NCBI GenBank assembly: GCA_902761225.1
Contig: CACWJQ010000014.1
Span: forward strand, 12,698 to 76,697
DNA length: 64,000 bases
Origin: an uncultured Lachnospiraceae bacterium
GTDB taxonomy: Bacteria > Bacillota > Clostridia > Lachnospirales > Lachnospiraceae
Direction: 5' to 3'
The translations under genes and the position numbers were made by a program. This document shows, piece after piece, positions 9,374-19,612 of the stretch. Under the pieces are notes generated by a model. That model saw only the letters and a program-made list of their open reading frames with translations. It did no database searches and was not told the origin of the DNA. Numbering within the stretch: position 1 is the stretch's first letter; each line of letters starts with the position of its first letter.

Positions 9374-10612
9374 TCACATGAGGGGATACTTGGCGGTGAG
9401 AGCCATGACGATAGCCTTAGCCTTCTCTACGCCTGCTTCCTTCTCCTTGACTATCAGGCTGATAGCCTCTGCGAGCTGATCCATATCCTCAGTGTTGAGG
9501 CCTCTTGAGGTAACAGCGGGAGTTCCGAGTCTGATACCGCTTGTAACATTAGCCTTCTGGGGATCGTTGGGAATAGTGTTCTTGTTGGCGGTGATATGTG
9601 CCTCATCAAGAAGTGCCTCGATTTCCTTACCTGTCTCGTTAAAGGGAGTGAGGTCAAGGAGCATGAGGTGATTGTCGGTGCCGCCTGATACGATCTTAAG
9701 TCCTCTTGAGATAAGTCCCTTTGCAAGAGCCTGTGCGTTGTCGTAGATGTTCTGCTGATATACCTTGAATGAAGGATCGAGAGCCTCCTTGAAGCATACA
9801 GCCTTTGCAGCGATGACATGCATGAGAGGTCCGCCCTGGATTCCGGGGAACACTGCCTTGTTAAGCTTGTGCTCCTTGGCAAATTCAGCACTTGAAAGGA
9901 TCATTCCTCCTCTGGGTCCGCGAAGGGTCTTGTGAGTGGTTGTGGTAACTACATGCGCATAAGGGATGGGGCTGGGATGAAGTCCTGCAGCTACAAGTCC
10001 TGCGATGTGTGCCATATCAACCATGAGATATGCGCCGACCTCGTCAGCGATCTCTCTGAAACGCTTGAAATCGATGGTTCTTGCATATGCGGAAGCACCT
10101 GCGATGATCATCTTGGGCTTGCACTCTTTTGCAATCTCCTCAAGCTTGTCATAATCGATGAAGCCGTCGTCGTTAACGCCGTAAGGAACAACGTTGAAGT
10201 AGGTTCCGGAAATATTGACCGGTGAACCATGGGTAAGATGTCCGCCGTGATCGAGGTTCATGCCCATAATGGTATCGCCGGGCTGAAGGAGTGCGAACTG
10301 AACAGCAAGGTTAGCCTGTGCACCTGAGTGAGGCTGAACATTGGCATATGTGCATCCGTAGAGTTCCATTGCACGGTTTCTTGCAAGCTCCTCTACGACG
10401 TCCACGCACTGGCATCCGCCGTAATAACGCTTTCCGGGATATCCTTCAGCGTACTTATTGGTAAGGGGGCTTCCCATAGCTGCCATAACAGCCTTGCTTA
10501 CCCAGTTCTCTGAAGCGATAAGCTCAAGATGGGAATTCTGTCTCTCCTGCTCGTCTACTATGGCCTGAGCAACTTCGGGGTCTACTGACTTTACTTCATC
10601 AAGCGAATACAT
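9374..10612 (-). CDS. glyA: Serine hydroxymethyltransferase
   Basis: [33 protein letters not shown] and [13 protein letters not shown] motifs. Confidence 0.98.
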   Translation of the reverse strand: MYSLDEVKSVDPEVAQAIVDEQERQNSHLELIASENWVSKAVMAAMGSPLTNKYAEGYPGKRYYGGCQCVDVVEELARNRAMELYGCTYANVQPHSGAQANLAVQFALLQPGDTIMGMNLDHGGHLTHGSPVNISGTYFNVVPYGVNDDGFIDYDKLEEIAKECKPKMIIAGASAYARTIDFKRFREIADEVGAYLMVDMAHIAGLVAAGLHPSPIPYAHVVTTTTHKTLRGPRGGMILSSAEFAKEHKLNKAVFPGIQGGPLMHVIAAKAVCFKEALDPSFKVYQQNIYDNAQALAKGLISRGLKIVSGGTDNHLMLLDLTPFNETGKEIEALLDEAHITANKNTIPNDPQKANVTSGIRLGTPAVTSRGLNTEDMDQLAEAISLIVKEKEAGVEKAKAIVMALTAKYPLM

Positions 10613-10761
10613 TACAAAAACCTCCTGAAAAATATAAACATTTTATATCACGCCATTTATTTGAAGGCACAATCATTATTATTTTACTATCAAACGGCTA
10701 TTTCATCAAGTAAAACACCTGCTGATCACAGTTTGCTCGACGCCGGCCCATGGCAGCCCTG

Positions 10762-11766
10762 TCATACGGTTCCTGCGACGTTTCCGATATTCGACTCATC
10801 ATAGTATGTAAGGGCATACATCAGCCTTTCGCTGACCAGCTGTCTGCCCTCTTCATTAAGATGTCTTCCGTCGGACAGATACCCGGATCCGTCGGGGAAA
10901 TTGATCCCGGTGTAATAGTTATCCAGGAAGGTGATGTCAAAGTCATTGACACACATCCTGTACAATCCAAGGACATAATCCGAAAGGTCCGCTCCCTCCG
11001 AATTGGGATGATCCTCGCAGGCCTCCGGTTTTCCGTCTTTTCCGCTGATATACATATACGGCGCGCTCATTATGATGAACCTGGCTTTCGGTGCATACAT
11101 CCTGAGCATCTCAACCGTTGATGAGAAGGCTCCCAGATATGTGGAATAGGGATCCGAATACCTTGCTTCATCAAGTCCTGTGGGGGTTCCCTTGAGATAA
11201 TCCTCTCCGTCGTAGAAGATAACGATCACATCCACAGACGATATATCCAGCTCACCGAGAAGAGACAGTATCTCCCTGCCCTCCTCCGGAAAAGAATTCC
11301 CCAGTGCCGTCTCAGCCATCTCAAGATCAGTGGTGTAATCCTTGCCGCCGCAGGCTACGCATGCCAGATAGTAAGGCGAGAAGATGTTCATCGGGTTTAC
11401 GGAAAAATCAAAGCATGGCTCAGTCATTCCAATGTATGAACCGGACACTGCACAGTTGATCACACTTGCACCTGAAAGTTTCCCAAGCATCGTCCCGAGA
11501 CCTTTTTCATCACCCCGGTCTGCCGCAAAGGGATCGTTGCCAAGGATAAGGATGGTCTCTTCATTCTGCCTAATGAGATTATATTCCTCATCCGTCAGGG
11601 GCATTATATGATCATGACATTCGTAGTCCGCGATCCCTTCCCCGGTTCCCGGTATCGCTGCAGGGTCCACAACCCTGACCCAGCCCTTTATCCTGAGGAA
11701 AACGGCCAGTCCGAGAAAGAGTATCAGCGCTATGAAAATGATGTGGAATACATTAAACTTTTTCAT
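10762..11766 (-). CDS. SGNH/GDSL-like membrane-anchored protein
   Basis: N-terminal TM helix; block-like motifs ILGND, NCAVSG and DGRHLN. Confidence 0.6.
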   Translation of the reverse strand: MKKFNVFHIIFIALILFLGLAVFLRIKGWVRVVDPAAIPGTGEGIADYECHDHIMPLTDEEYNLIRQNEETILILGNDPFAADRGDEKGLGTMLGKLSGASVINCAVSGSYIGMTEPCFDFSVNPMNIFSPYYLACVACGGKDYTTDLEMAETALGNSFPEEGREILSLLGELDISSVDVIVIFYDGEDYLKGTPTGLDEARYSDPYSTYLGAFSSTVEMLRMYAPKARFIIMSAPYMYISGKDGKPEACEDHPNSEGADLSDYVLGLYRMCVNDFDITFLDNYYTGINFPDGSGYLSDGRHLNEEGRQLVSERLMYALTYYDESNIGNVAGTV

Positions 11767-11784
11767 GAAAACGGATCCGGACTG

Positions 11785-12720
11785 TTACCAGCACAGAACT
11801 TCATTACCCTCTTCCGTGATAAGGACCATGATCTCCCATTGTGCGGAGGGCTTTCCGTCCTTTGTGGAGACCTCCCATCCGTTGTCCTTATCGGTGACTA
11901 TATCTTCCTTTCCCATATTGACCATGGGTTCGATGGTAAAGATCATTCCGGGAACAAGGAGCATCTCGGTGCCCTTTCTGGAATGATAGCCCACCCAGGG
12001 ATCTTCATGGAATTCAAGTCCGACTCCGTGCCCGCCGATCTCCCTTACCACGGTATAACCGTTATCGTAGCAGTAATCGTGTACAGCCTGTCCCACATCG
12101 CCCAGGAATCCCCAGGGCTTGCAGTACTTGAGTCCTTCATAGCAGGCTTCCCTTGTGATCTTAACAAGGCGCTGCTTTTCCTCGGATACTTCACCGATAC
12201 AGAACATTCTGGATGAATCGGAAAAGAATCCGTTCAGGATGGTGGAACAGTCAACGTTTACGATATCCCCGCTCTTAAGGATCACCTTATCCGAGGGAAA
12301 ACCGTGGCAGACCTGTTCATTAACGGATGTACATACAGAATAGGGATACCCCTCATAGTTAAGGGGTGCAGGTATGCCGCCTGCCTCCACGCTCATATCG
12401 TAAACTATCTTATCGATCTCCGAGGTGGCCATCCCCTCATGGATCTCCTTCTCAATCCTGTCCAGGATCGCGATATTAACGGCACAGGACTCCTTTATCT
12501 TCGCAACCTGTTCGGGGGTCTTGAGAATGCTGTGGTCGGGGGTGATCTTGCCCATAAGGGAATACTTCTTAAGCTTATCGTCAAATGCCGCATGGCAGGC
12601 CTTGTACTTCCTGCCGCTTCCGCACCAGCATGCGTCGTTCCTGCCGAGGTGCCTTACCACATCTTCCGAATGCTTTGCCATTTCAGGGCATAAGGTTTCT
12701 AAATGTTCTCTGTTAGTCAT
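11785..12720 (-). CDS. map: Methionine aminopeptidase with N-terminal SEC-C motif
   Basis: GRNDACWCGSGRKYKACH; CTSVNEQVCHG, DSSRMF, GHGVGLEFHE and FTIEPM motifs. Start MTNRE follows GAAGGAG. Confidence 0.95.
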   Translation of the reverse strand: MTNREHLETLCPEMAKHSEDVVRHLGRNDACWCGSGRKYKACHAAFDDKLKKYSLMGKITPDHSILKTPEQVAKIKESCAVNIAILDRIEKEIHEGMATSEIDKIVYDMSVEAGGIPAPLNYEGYPYSVCTSVNEQVCHGFPSDKVILKSGDIVNVDCSTILNGFFSDSSRMFCIGEVSEEKQRLVKITREACYEGLKYCKPWGFLGDVGQAVHDYCYDNGYTVVREIGGHGVGLEFHEDPWVGYHSRKGTEMLLVPGMIFTIEPMVNMGKEDIVTDKDNGWEVSTKDGKPSAQWEIMVLITEEGNEVLCW

Positions 12721-12958
12721 AGCTATCTCCTTCAAAAACTATGTCATTATAACATAATTCGGACGGTAAATTCCTAAAATATAAAACAGGGCAGGCCATG
12801 TAAAGCAAGAGTTAAGAGAAAAGGCGGAGATCCTTGAGATGTCTGCCGCACCGGAGCCTGCCAGTATTCCGTGTCACATCTTGAAAAAAGGATACAGATT
12901 TCATATAGTATTATTACCTGTAAACAATGCATTGATATCTTTATATGAGGTCAGGCTT

Positions 12959-13489
12959 ATGTATTACGGAACGATCAAAAAATCAGATGTTGCAGACGGC
13001 CCCGGCGTAAGGGTTTCACTTTTTGTAAGCGGATGCCGCCACAGATGCGAGGGATGCTTCAATCCCGCAACCTGGGATTTTAAATACGGCAATGTCTATA
13101 CCGCCGAAGTGGAAGCAGAGCTGCTTGAAGCCGTAGCTCCACCATACATCGCAGGCTTCACCTTCTTAGGAGGCGAACCCCTCGAGCCCGAAAACAGACC
13201 CTTCGTCTTCTCCCTTGCAAGGAAACTCCGGGAGAAATATCCCGAGAAGACGATATGGCTCTACAGCGGATATACCTTCGAGACCGACATACTGAAGTGG
13301 GGCGAGACCGATGAGATGGTCATGAATCTTCTCTCCCTCATCGACGTGCTGGTAGACGGAGAATTCCACATAAAGGAAAAGAGCCTCATGCTCAAATTCC
13401 GCGGAAGCTCCAACCAGAGACTTATAGATGTTCAGAGATCGCTTGCAGAGGGTAAGACCGTGCTCTGCGATGAAGATAACCTGAGATAA
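12959..13489 (+). CDS. nrdG: Anaerobic ribonucleotide reductase activating protein
   Basis: DVADGPGVRVSLFVSGCRHRCEGCFN radical-SAM motif, LGGEP and FRGSSNQR. Upstream promoter TTGAAA-17-TATAGT at 12881-12909. Confidence 0.92.
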   Translation: MYYGTIKKSDVADGPGVRVSLFVSGCRHRCEGCFNPATWDFKYGNVYTAEVEAELLEAVAPPYIAGFTFLGGEPLEPENRPFVFSLARKLREKYPEKTIWLYSGYTFETDILKWGETDEMVMNLLSLIDVLVDGEFHIKEKSLMLKFRGSSNQRLIDVQRSLAEGKTVLCDEDNLR

Positions 13490-13490
13490 G

Positions 13491-13520
13491 AAGAGGCAGC
13501 CTGACGGCTGCCTCTTTTTT
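13491..13520 (+). terminator. Intrinsic terminator of nrdG
   Basis: AAGAGGCAGCC-TGAC-GGCTGCCTCTT followed by TTTT. Confidence 0.85.
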
Positions 13521-13561
13521 ACATTGAAAGCATGTGATCGGGGACTGTTCCCCGGTTCACC

Positions 13562-14020
13562 TCAGAACAGACCGAAGCGGTTAAGCTTATCAAGCGCGGA
13601 CTGTATATCGTCCATGGTCTGATTGATCTTATCTATATCAAGTCCGTCAAGGGAATGGACAAGCTGATCAAGATCAAGGGATCCGAGAGTCTCGTTGATC
13701 TCTTCCAGATCAAGAGAGTCTATGGTATCCTTTATCTCCTTAAGATCAAGTTCATTAAGCTGTTCGGAAAGTGCCTGCCAGTCAACAGAATCGATTGCTT
13801 CGGCAGTTGTGTGCATATCCTCTGCAAGCTTCGGAAGATTGATCTTCTTGAGATCCTTAACCAGCGTGATAGTGGTATCTATATCATTCCTGTATTCCTG
13901 GAATACTCTCACACCCTGGAGCATAATCACGATAACTCCGAGAAACATTGCCAGCATCAAAATACAGAGGGACTGTGTGACTATAAGGGATCTTCTGAGT
14001 TTTCTGATCTCGTCTTCCAT
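13562..14020 (-). CDS. Hypothetical membrane-anchored protein with LDL-rich helical repeats
   Basis: Start MEDEI follows GGAGG. One TM helix, then ~12-aa periodic L-D-L/I repeats. Confidence 0.7.
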   Translation of the reverse strand: MEDEIRKLRRSLIVTQSLCILMLAMFLGVIVIMLQGVRVFQEYRNDIDTTITLVKDLKKINLPKLAEDMHTTAEAIDSVDWQALSEQLNELDLKEIKDTIDSLDLEEINETLGSLDLDQLVHSLDGLDIDKINQTMDDIQSALDKLNRFGLF

Positions 14021-14086
14021 ATGTATCCTCCTAATTTTATCAGCTAAAACAACACTGACTGCATAACACCGGTCTTCCAAATAACA

Positions 14087-14836
14087 TCAGCATCCCAGGC
14101 AGGTTGCACACAACAGCATGCTCATGCAGGAATTGGAACATCTCGAACAGTCCGTATTGATGGTGCCGGTTCCATATCCATAGGAATTCCTTCTGTCATT
14201 ATACCATCCCGTATATGTTCCCGCACCCTCCTGGGTACTTCTCGTAAAGGGTCCGCCTGACAGATAGTCGTACAGCACCGAATACTCCGAATTGGAAGGT
14301 TCCATGGAGGCTGCCGCTCTGGCATGGTACATGGCCTGGGACTTATTCCCCAGCCTTGCATAGCATATTGCGCTGTAGTAATACCATCTGGCGTTTCTCA
14401 GTGAAGGATCGATACTATCAAGAATATTTCTCGCTTCTCTCAGATAACCGTTTGCTATGAAATTGGCTGCCGCCTCAAGATGAACAGCCGCATCGCCGGA
14501 GTCCGAAGTGGTATTCCTTGTATATCCGCTGTACGAACCGCCTCCCGGCCTGTATCCCTGGTACGATCTTCCCGATGAATACGATGAACCGGATGATGAA
14601 TATGAAGAACCCGAAGAACTCTGTCTGTATACTCTGGGATCCACCTTGCCGTCTATGATATTCTCATATGCGGTCTGGACTTCCTTGAACTTCTCTTCCG
14701 CCTGTTTTTTCTCATACTCGGATTTATCCATATTGGAATCCGGATGATACATGCGGCTGAGTTTTCTGTATGCTTTTTTTATCTCTTCCTCGGATGCTGT
14801 CGGAGACACACCGAGTACTCTATAAGGATCCGTCAT
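14087..14836 (-). CDS. J-domain (DnaJ) protein with TPR-like middle and Cys-rich tail
   Basis: DPYRVLGV...YHPD...[12 protein letters not shown] domain; C-terminus [20 protein letters not shown]. Confidence 0.85.
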   Translation of the reverse strand: MTDPYRVLGVSPTASEEEIKKAYRKLSRMYHPDSNMDKSEYEKKQAEEKFKEVQTAYENIIDGKVDPRVYRQSSSGSSYSSSGSSYSSGRSYQGYRPGGGSYSGYTRNTTSDSGDAAVHLEAAANFIANGYLREARNILDSIDPSLRNARWYYYSAICYARLGNKSQAMYHARAAASMEPSNSEYSVLYDYLSGGPFTRSTQEGAGTYTGWYNDRRNSYGYGTGTINTDCSRCSNSCMSMLLCATCLGC

Positions 14837-15776
14837 TTTCTGCCTCCTTACGGTCTTCGGATCCTTCCGAAACGCTGTCTGTCATCATTCCATCTGTTTC
14901 TGCCCGGTTCAAAGCCTGTCCGTCACCTGCCGGTTCACCCTCAGTATTCTGTGATCCGGAGCGCTTTGCAGCAACGATATTAAATCTCATCCATATGCCG
15001 GAATACAGTATGTTCCTGAGTATATCAACATTCTCGATAAGAGGGAGCTTCTCAAAAGCAATGCACGCTTCCTGTAGCTCTGCGGTTACCATCTGTCTTG
15101 CGATACCTTCAAAGTCCGGCCTTGTATATATGTCTGAATAGGGATTGTATCTTTTCTTCTTAAGGTCTGAATAAATATCCTCATACGCATCCATAAAGTA
15201 GATGGCACGACCCAGATGATCTCCGAAGGTTCTCAGATACTTCTCCCATTCATCATGTCTGTAGACATAGACCTCGGCCATGCTCCGTCCGAAGATCTCG
15301 GCCATCCTCTCAGGCTCGGGCTTTCCGGTGGCCTCGATCTCATCCATGTCCTTCATGGACTTAACGATGACCTCAACCTTGGACTCATATTCCTTTCTGG
15401 TCTTTCCGGTCTTATGCTCAAGGATATCTGCGATGATCTTTCTTCCGAGTTTCCTGTCATCGTGCCAGTCATCACGGCATTTATACATCGCCATCAGCAC
15501 GTTCATATCCGCTGCATAATCCGTCACTGCGTTGGTCCTTATGGCATGCTTTCCGATAGGGTGCATGGCGCATCTTCTTGCGCTCACCACATCAACTTCA
15601 TCGTACAGATCACTGAGAAGGGCGCACAGAAAGGCTCCGTCATATGAAAGAGTGAACTCTCCCATGATCCCGTATCTCTTCCTGAGTACAGTACAAAGTC
15701 CGCAGTAGTACGAATGGTACAGATCGTACTCTTTGAATTTCATCTCAGGCTTATCAACCGTAGTGTATCCAAACAT
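14820..15776 (-). CDS. DUF5685-like protein
   Basis: MFGY, YCGLC, LSYD and C-x-x-H-P pattern; D-rich DDWHDD motif; overlaps the J-domain gene. Confidence 0.65.
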   Translation of the reverse strand: MFGYTTVDKPEMKFKEYDLYHSYYCGLCTVLRKRYGIMGEFTLSYDGAFLCALLSDLYDEVDVVSARRCAMHPIGKHAIRTNAVTDYAADMNVLMAMYKCRDDWHDDRKLGRKIIADILEHKTGKTRKEYESKVEVIVKSMKDMDEIEATGKPEPERMAEIFGRSMAEVYVYRHDEWEKYLRTFGDHLGRAIYFMDAYEDIYSDLKKKRYNPYSDIYTRPDFEGIARQMVTAELQEACIAFEKLPLIENVDILRNILYSGIWMRFNIVAAKRSGSQNTEGEPAGDGQALNRAETDGMMTDSVSEGSEDRKEAENDGSL

Positions 15777-15889
15777 GATAAACTCCTCGTTTTATAAATC
15801 CATTTACTAACGAGCGATCTTCACACCGATCATTGTCAAAGTAATCTAACGGCAAAACTACATGACTTGCAAGAACAGATCATGTTACT

Positions 15890-15920
15890 AAAAAACGGGC
15901 CCTTGTGGATCAGGGCCCGT
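15890..15920 (-). terminator. Intrinsic terminator of pnp
   Basis: ACGGGCCCT...AGGGCCCGT stem followed by a T run on the minus strand. Confidence 0.8.
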
Positions 15921-15939
15921 CCTTGCGCCGACTGTTTAA

Positions 15940-18030
15940 TTAGTTCTGAGCAACATCCTTCATGGAGAAGCTGATGCGTCCCATCTTGTCCTTTCCAAGA
16001 CACTTAACGGTAACAACATCTCCGAGGGTCAGATAATCCTCAACATGCTCAACTCTCTCCTTGGCAATCTTGGAGATGTGAACCATGCCTTCCTTGCCGG
16101 GAGCGAACTCAACGAATGCACCGAACTCCTTGATGGAGACAACCTTTCCCTTGAGAACCTGTCCTTCCTCAAACTCGGTGGTAATGATCTTGACCATATC
16201 GATGGCCTTGTCCATACCCTCTTTGTCGGTTCCGCAGATGTCAACTCTTCCGCTCTCATCGATATCGATCTTAACGCCGGTTCTGGCAATGATCTCATTG
16301 ATGGTCTTTCCACGCTGTCCGACAACATCGCCGATCTTCTCGGGATCGATATTGATGGATACGATCTTGGGAGCATACTTGCCAACCTCAGCACGGGGTA
16401 CAGCGATAGCGGGCTTCATGCAGGTATCCATGATGAAGAGTCTTGCATCACGGCATCTGGAGATAGCACCCTCAACGATGGGTCTGGTAAGTCCGTGGAT
16501 CTTGATATCCATCTGGATAGCGGTGATTCCCTCGGTGGTACCGGTTACCTTGAAGTCCATGTCTCCGAAGAAGTCCTCGAGACCCTGGATGTCGGTAAGA
16601 AGTACGAAATCGTCATCAGTCTCACCGGTAACAAGACCGCAGCTGATACCTGCTACCATCTTCTTGATGGGAACACCTGCTGCCATGAGTGACATACAGG
16701 ATGCGCAGGTAGAAGCCATTGAAGTGGATCCGTTGGACTCGAAGGTCTCGGATACGCATCTGATGGCATAAGGGAACTCCTCGGGGCTGGGAAGAACGGG
16801 AAGAAGGGCACGCTCTGCAAGAGCTCCGTGTCCGATCTCACGACGTCCGGGACCGCGGCTGACCTTGGTCTCACCAACCGAATATGCGGGGAAATTATAC
16901 TGATGGATATATCTCTTCTCTGTTACGTAAGGATCAAGTCCCTCAACCCTCTGAGCCTCGGAAAGAGGAGCAAGGGTACATACATCACAGATCTGGGTCT
17001 GTCCTCTGGTGAACATAGCTGATCCGTGAACTCTGGGAATGATATCAACCTCAGCTGCAAGAGGTCTGATCTGGGTGATCTCACGGCCATCGGGACGCTT
17101 GTGATCCTTGAGGATCATCTTTCTTACAGTCTTCTTCTCATACTGATATACTGCCTCGCCGAGAACTGCAAGATACTCCTCGTTGTCGGCAAATGCTTCC
17201 TTAAGACGCTCGGTGATCTCAGCGATATTGCCCTCTCTGGTCTGCTTGTCATCGGTGAAGACAGCGGTCTCCATCTCAGCGGGAGGAACGATCTCCTTCA
17301 TCTTCTCGAACATCTCGGCAGGGATAGCACATGAGGTGTACTCGTGCTTCTTCTTGCCAACCTCAGCTACGATGGTATCGATGAAGTTGATGATGGTCTG
17401 GTTGACATCGTGAGCCATGTAGATAGCCTCGAGCATGCGTGCCTCGGGGATCTCATTAGCTCCTGCCTCGATCATGATGACCTTCTGCTTTGTTGATGCA
17501 ACGGTAAGCTTAAGGTCGCCCTTGTCCCATACTTCCTGGGAAGGGTTGACTACGAACTCTCCGTCCTTCATACCTACCTGGGTCATTGCACAGGGGCCGT
17601 CGAAGGGGATATCGGAGATGCAGGTAGAGATTGCAGCGCCAAGCATTGCAACAAGCTCAGGTCTGCACTCGGGATCAACACTCATGACCATGCAGTCAAG
17701 AGTAACGTCATTGCGGTAATCCTTGGGGAAGAGAGGTCTCATGGGACGGTCGATAACACGGCTGGTAAGGATAGCGTTCTCGCTTGCCTTTCCCTCACGC
17801 TTATTGAATCCTCCGGGGAGCTTTCCAACTGCGTAGAACTTCTCTTCATACTCTACAGAAAGAGGGAAGAAATCAATTCCGTCTCTGGGAGCACTTGATG
17901 CTGTAGCGGTAGCAAGAACGGTGGTATCACCGTAATGCATGAGCGCACAGCCGTTAGCCTGCTTACCGACTCTGTCGATATCAACGACAAGCTTTCTGCC
18001 GGCAAGGTCCATTTCATACTTCTTGTACAT
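15940..18030 (-). CDS. pnp: Polyribonucleotide nucleotidyltransferase
   Basis: FFPLSV, RVIDRPMRPLFP, RREIGHGALAER, ESNGSTSMAS and DMDFKV motifs, plus KH and S1 domains. Confidence 0.98.
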   Translation of the reverse strand: MYKKYEMDLAGRKLVVDIDRVGKQANGCALMHYGDTTVLATATASSAPRDGIDFFPLSVEYEEKFYAVGKLPGGFNKREGKASENAILTSRVIDRPMRPLFPKDYRNDVTLDCMVMSVDPECRPELVAMLGAAISTCISDIPFDGPCAMTQVGMKDGEFVVNPSQEVWDKGDLKLTVASTKQKVIMIEAGANEIPEARMLEAIYMAHDVNQTIINFIDTIVAEVGKKKHEYTSCAIPAEMFEKMKEIVPPAEMETAVFTDDKQTREGNIAEITERLKEAFADNEEYLAVLGEAVYQYEKKTVRKMILKDHKRPDGREITQIRPLAAEVDIIPRVHGSAMFTRGQTQICDVCTLAPLSEAQRVEGLDPYVTEKRYIHQYNFPAYSVGETKVSRGPGRREIGHGALAERALLPVLPSPEEFPYAIRCVSETFESNGSTSMASTCASCMSLMAAGVPIKKMVAGISCGLVTGETDDDFVLLTDIQGLEDFFGDMDFKVTGTTEGITAIQMDIKIHGLTRPIVEGAISRCRDARLFIMDTCMKPAIAVPRAEVGKYAPKIVSINIDPEKIGDVVGQRGKTINEIIARTGVKIDIDESGRVDICGTDKEGMDKAIDMVKIITTEFEEGQVLKGKVVSIKEFGAFVEFAPGKEGMVHISKIAKERVEHVEDYLTLGDVVTVKCLGKDKMGRISFSMKDVAQN

Positions 18031-18061
18031 AATGCCTCCTTAAATATATTATATATATTCC

Positions 18062-18148
18062 GGAACAGAAGGCGCCGAAACTACTGAAAAACCCGCGAAC
18101 CCGGGGACTCACATGCTTTTCAGCAATCTCGGAGCAGCTTTCTGTTCC
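18062..18148 (-). promoter_or_regulatory. Long imperfect hairpin in the pnp leader (RNase III-type site)
   Basis: On the minus strand GGAACAGAA pairs with TTCTGTTCC, enclosing TTGCTGAAAA/TTTTCAGTAG. Confidence 0.55.
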
Positions 18149-18251
18149 TTGTTCACATCACCATGGAACCGCAGGATCCATACCTCTGACAGTTCCCTTA
18201 AAAACAATATGAGAGGCTGCACTTTCCGTACAACCTCTCGTCAGCTTTAGA

Positions 18252-18518
18252 TTATTTACGAAGTCCGAGCTTCTCGATAAGCGCACGGTATCTGTTGATA
18301 TCCTTGTCTGCAAGATAATCAAGAAGTCCTCTTCTCTGTCCGATCATCTTGAGCATTCCGCGGCGTGAATGGTTATCCTTGGGATTAGCCTTAAGGTGCT
18401 CGGTGAGCTCGTTGATACGAGCGGTGAGTACTGCAACCTGAACCTCAGGTGAACCGGTGTCACCGGGTGTTCTTGCATACTCGTTCATGATAGCTGTCTT
18501 TTTTTCCTTACTGATCAT
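18252..18518 (-). CDS. rpsO: 30S ribosomal protein S15
   Basis: [13 protein letters not shown]...[16 protein letters not shown]. Start MISKE follows GGAGG. Confidence 0.98.
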   Translation of the reverse strand: MISKEKKTAIMNEYARTPGDTGSPEVQVAVLTARINELTEHLKANPKDNHSRRGMLKMIGQRRGLLDYLADKDINRYRALIEKLGLRK

Positions 18519-18524
18519 TTTGTT

Positions 18525-18625
18525 TTCCTCCATTTGGATATTATAGTTTCCCGCGCTTTGCCTGTGACATAAGCCCCGGTTGGAGTTTCCAGTGGACTGA
18601 GCCACGGTAAGACCGCGCGCAAAAT
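18525..18625 (-). promoter_or_regulatory. Putative S15 autoregulatory leader
   Basis: GC-rich structured 5' UTR (GCGCG...GCGCG-type long-range pairing) before rpsO; S15 leaders are established in Firmicutes. Confidence 0.5.
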
Positions 18626-18685
18626 ACATAGTACCACTACATCAGCTAAAACACAAGGGAAAGTTTACATAAGCATAATGCCGGA

Positions 18686-19609
18686 TCAGACCCTGTAGCT
18701 TTCGATATCCGAAGCAAGCTGTGTCTTAAGCTCATCAAGTGAGCCGAACCTCATCTCGGGCCTGCAGAAATGCTTAAGATATACCTCGGCATCGAGCCCG
18801 TAGACATCCCTGTCAAAATCATATATGTAAGTCTCCACTCCCCGGTCCTCATGATCCGAAACAGTGGGTTTTCTGCCTATATTTGTAAGGCCCCTGTACT
18901 TTTTACCGTCTATGATCACATCAGATGTGTAGACTCCGTAGGGCGGGAGCATCTTGTCAGGGTCAGGAAGGATATTGATGGTGGGAAATCCAAGCCCTGC
19001 TCCGATATGGTTGCCATGCACCACCCTGCCGAATATAAAGTAGGGGATACCCAGAAGTATCTCGGCTTCCTCCATTTTAGCCTGCAGGATCAGTTCCCTG
19101 ATAAGGGTGGAGCTCACCTCGCACTCTCCGTCAAGGTCTATCTTCAGCTTGTCTATGATCCTTACATCGATATCGTTCTCAGCACCGTACTTCTGAAGAA
19201 AAGTGCAGTCTCCCGCACCTTTCCTGCCGAAGGAAAGGTCCCTGCCTGCGGCAATGACCCCGGCTCCTATCCTGCCTACGATGATGTCATCAAGAAAATC
19301 GGAGGGCTCAGTATCTGCAGTTTCCCTGTCAAAGGGATACTCTATGAGTATGTCGATCCCCTTTCTTTCGAACAGTATCCTCTTTTCCTTCCTTGTGGTA
19401 AGAAGGCTGCTCTCTGCTCCGAAGAAAACGGATGGTGCAGGGTCGAAGGTAAACACACAGGTCCTCATCTCTTCATCGCATGAAGCCGCTGCATCCGACA
19501 GTTCCATAAGAAGCTTCTGATGCCCTATATGGACACCGTCAAACTTGCCTATGGCAACTGCAGTCCTGCCGTTTATATAGAATTCTTTTGTATCAGAGAT
19601 TATATCCAT
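18686..19609 (-). CDS. ribF: Bifunctional riboflavin kinase / FAD synthetase
   Basis: GKFDGVHIGH, SSTLIR, GFPTIN, TNIGRKPTV and ETYIYDF motifs. Confidence 0.95.
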   Translation of the reverse strand: MDIISDTKEFYINGRTAVAIGKFDGVHIGHQKLLMELSDAAASCDEEMRTCVFTFDPAPSVFFGAESSLLTTRKEKRILFERKGIDILIEYPFDRETADTEPSDFLDDIIVGRIGAGVIAAGRDLSFGRKGAGDCTFLQKYGAENDIDVRIIDKLKIDLDGECEVSSTLIRELILQAKMEEAEILLGIPYFIFGRVVHGNHIGAGLGFPTINILPDPDKMLPPYGVYTSDVIIDGKKYRGLTNIGRKPTVSDHEDRGVETYIYDFDRDVYGLDAEVYLKHFCRPEMRFGSLDELKTQLASDIESYRV

Positions 19610-19612
19610 TGA

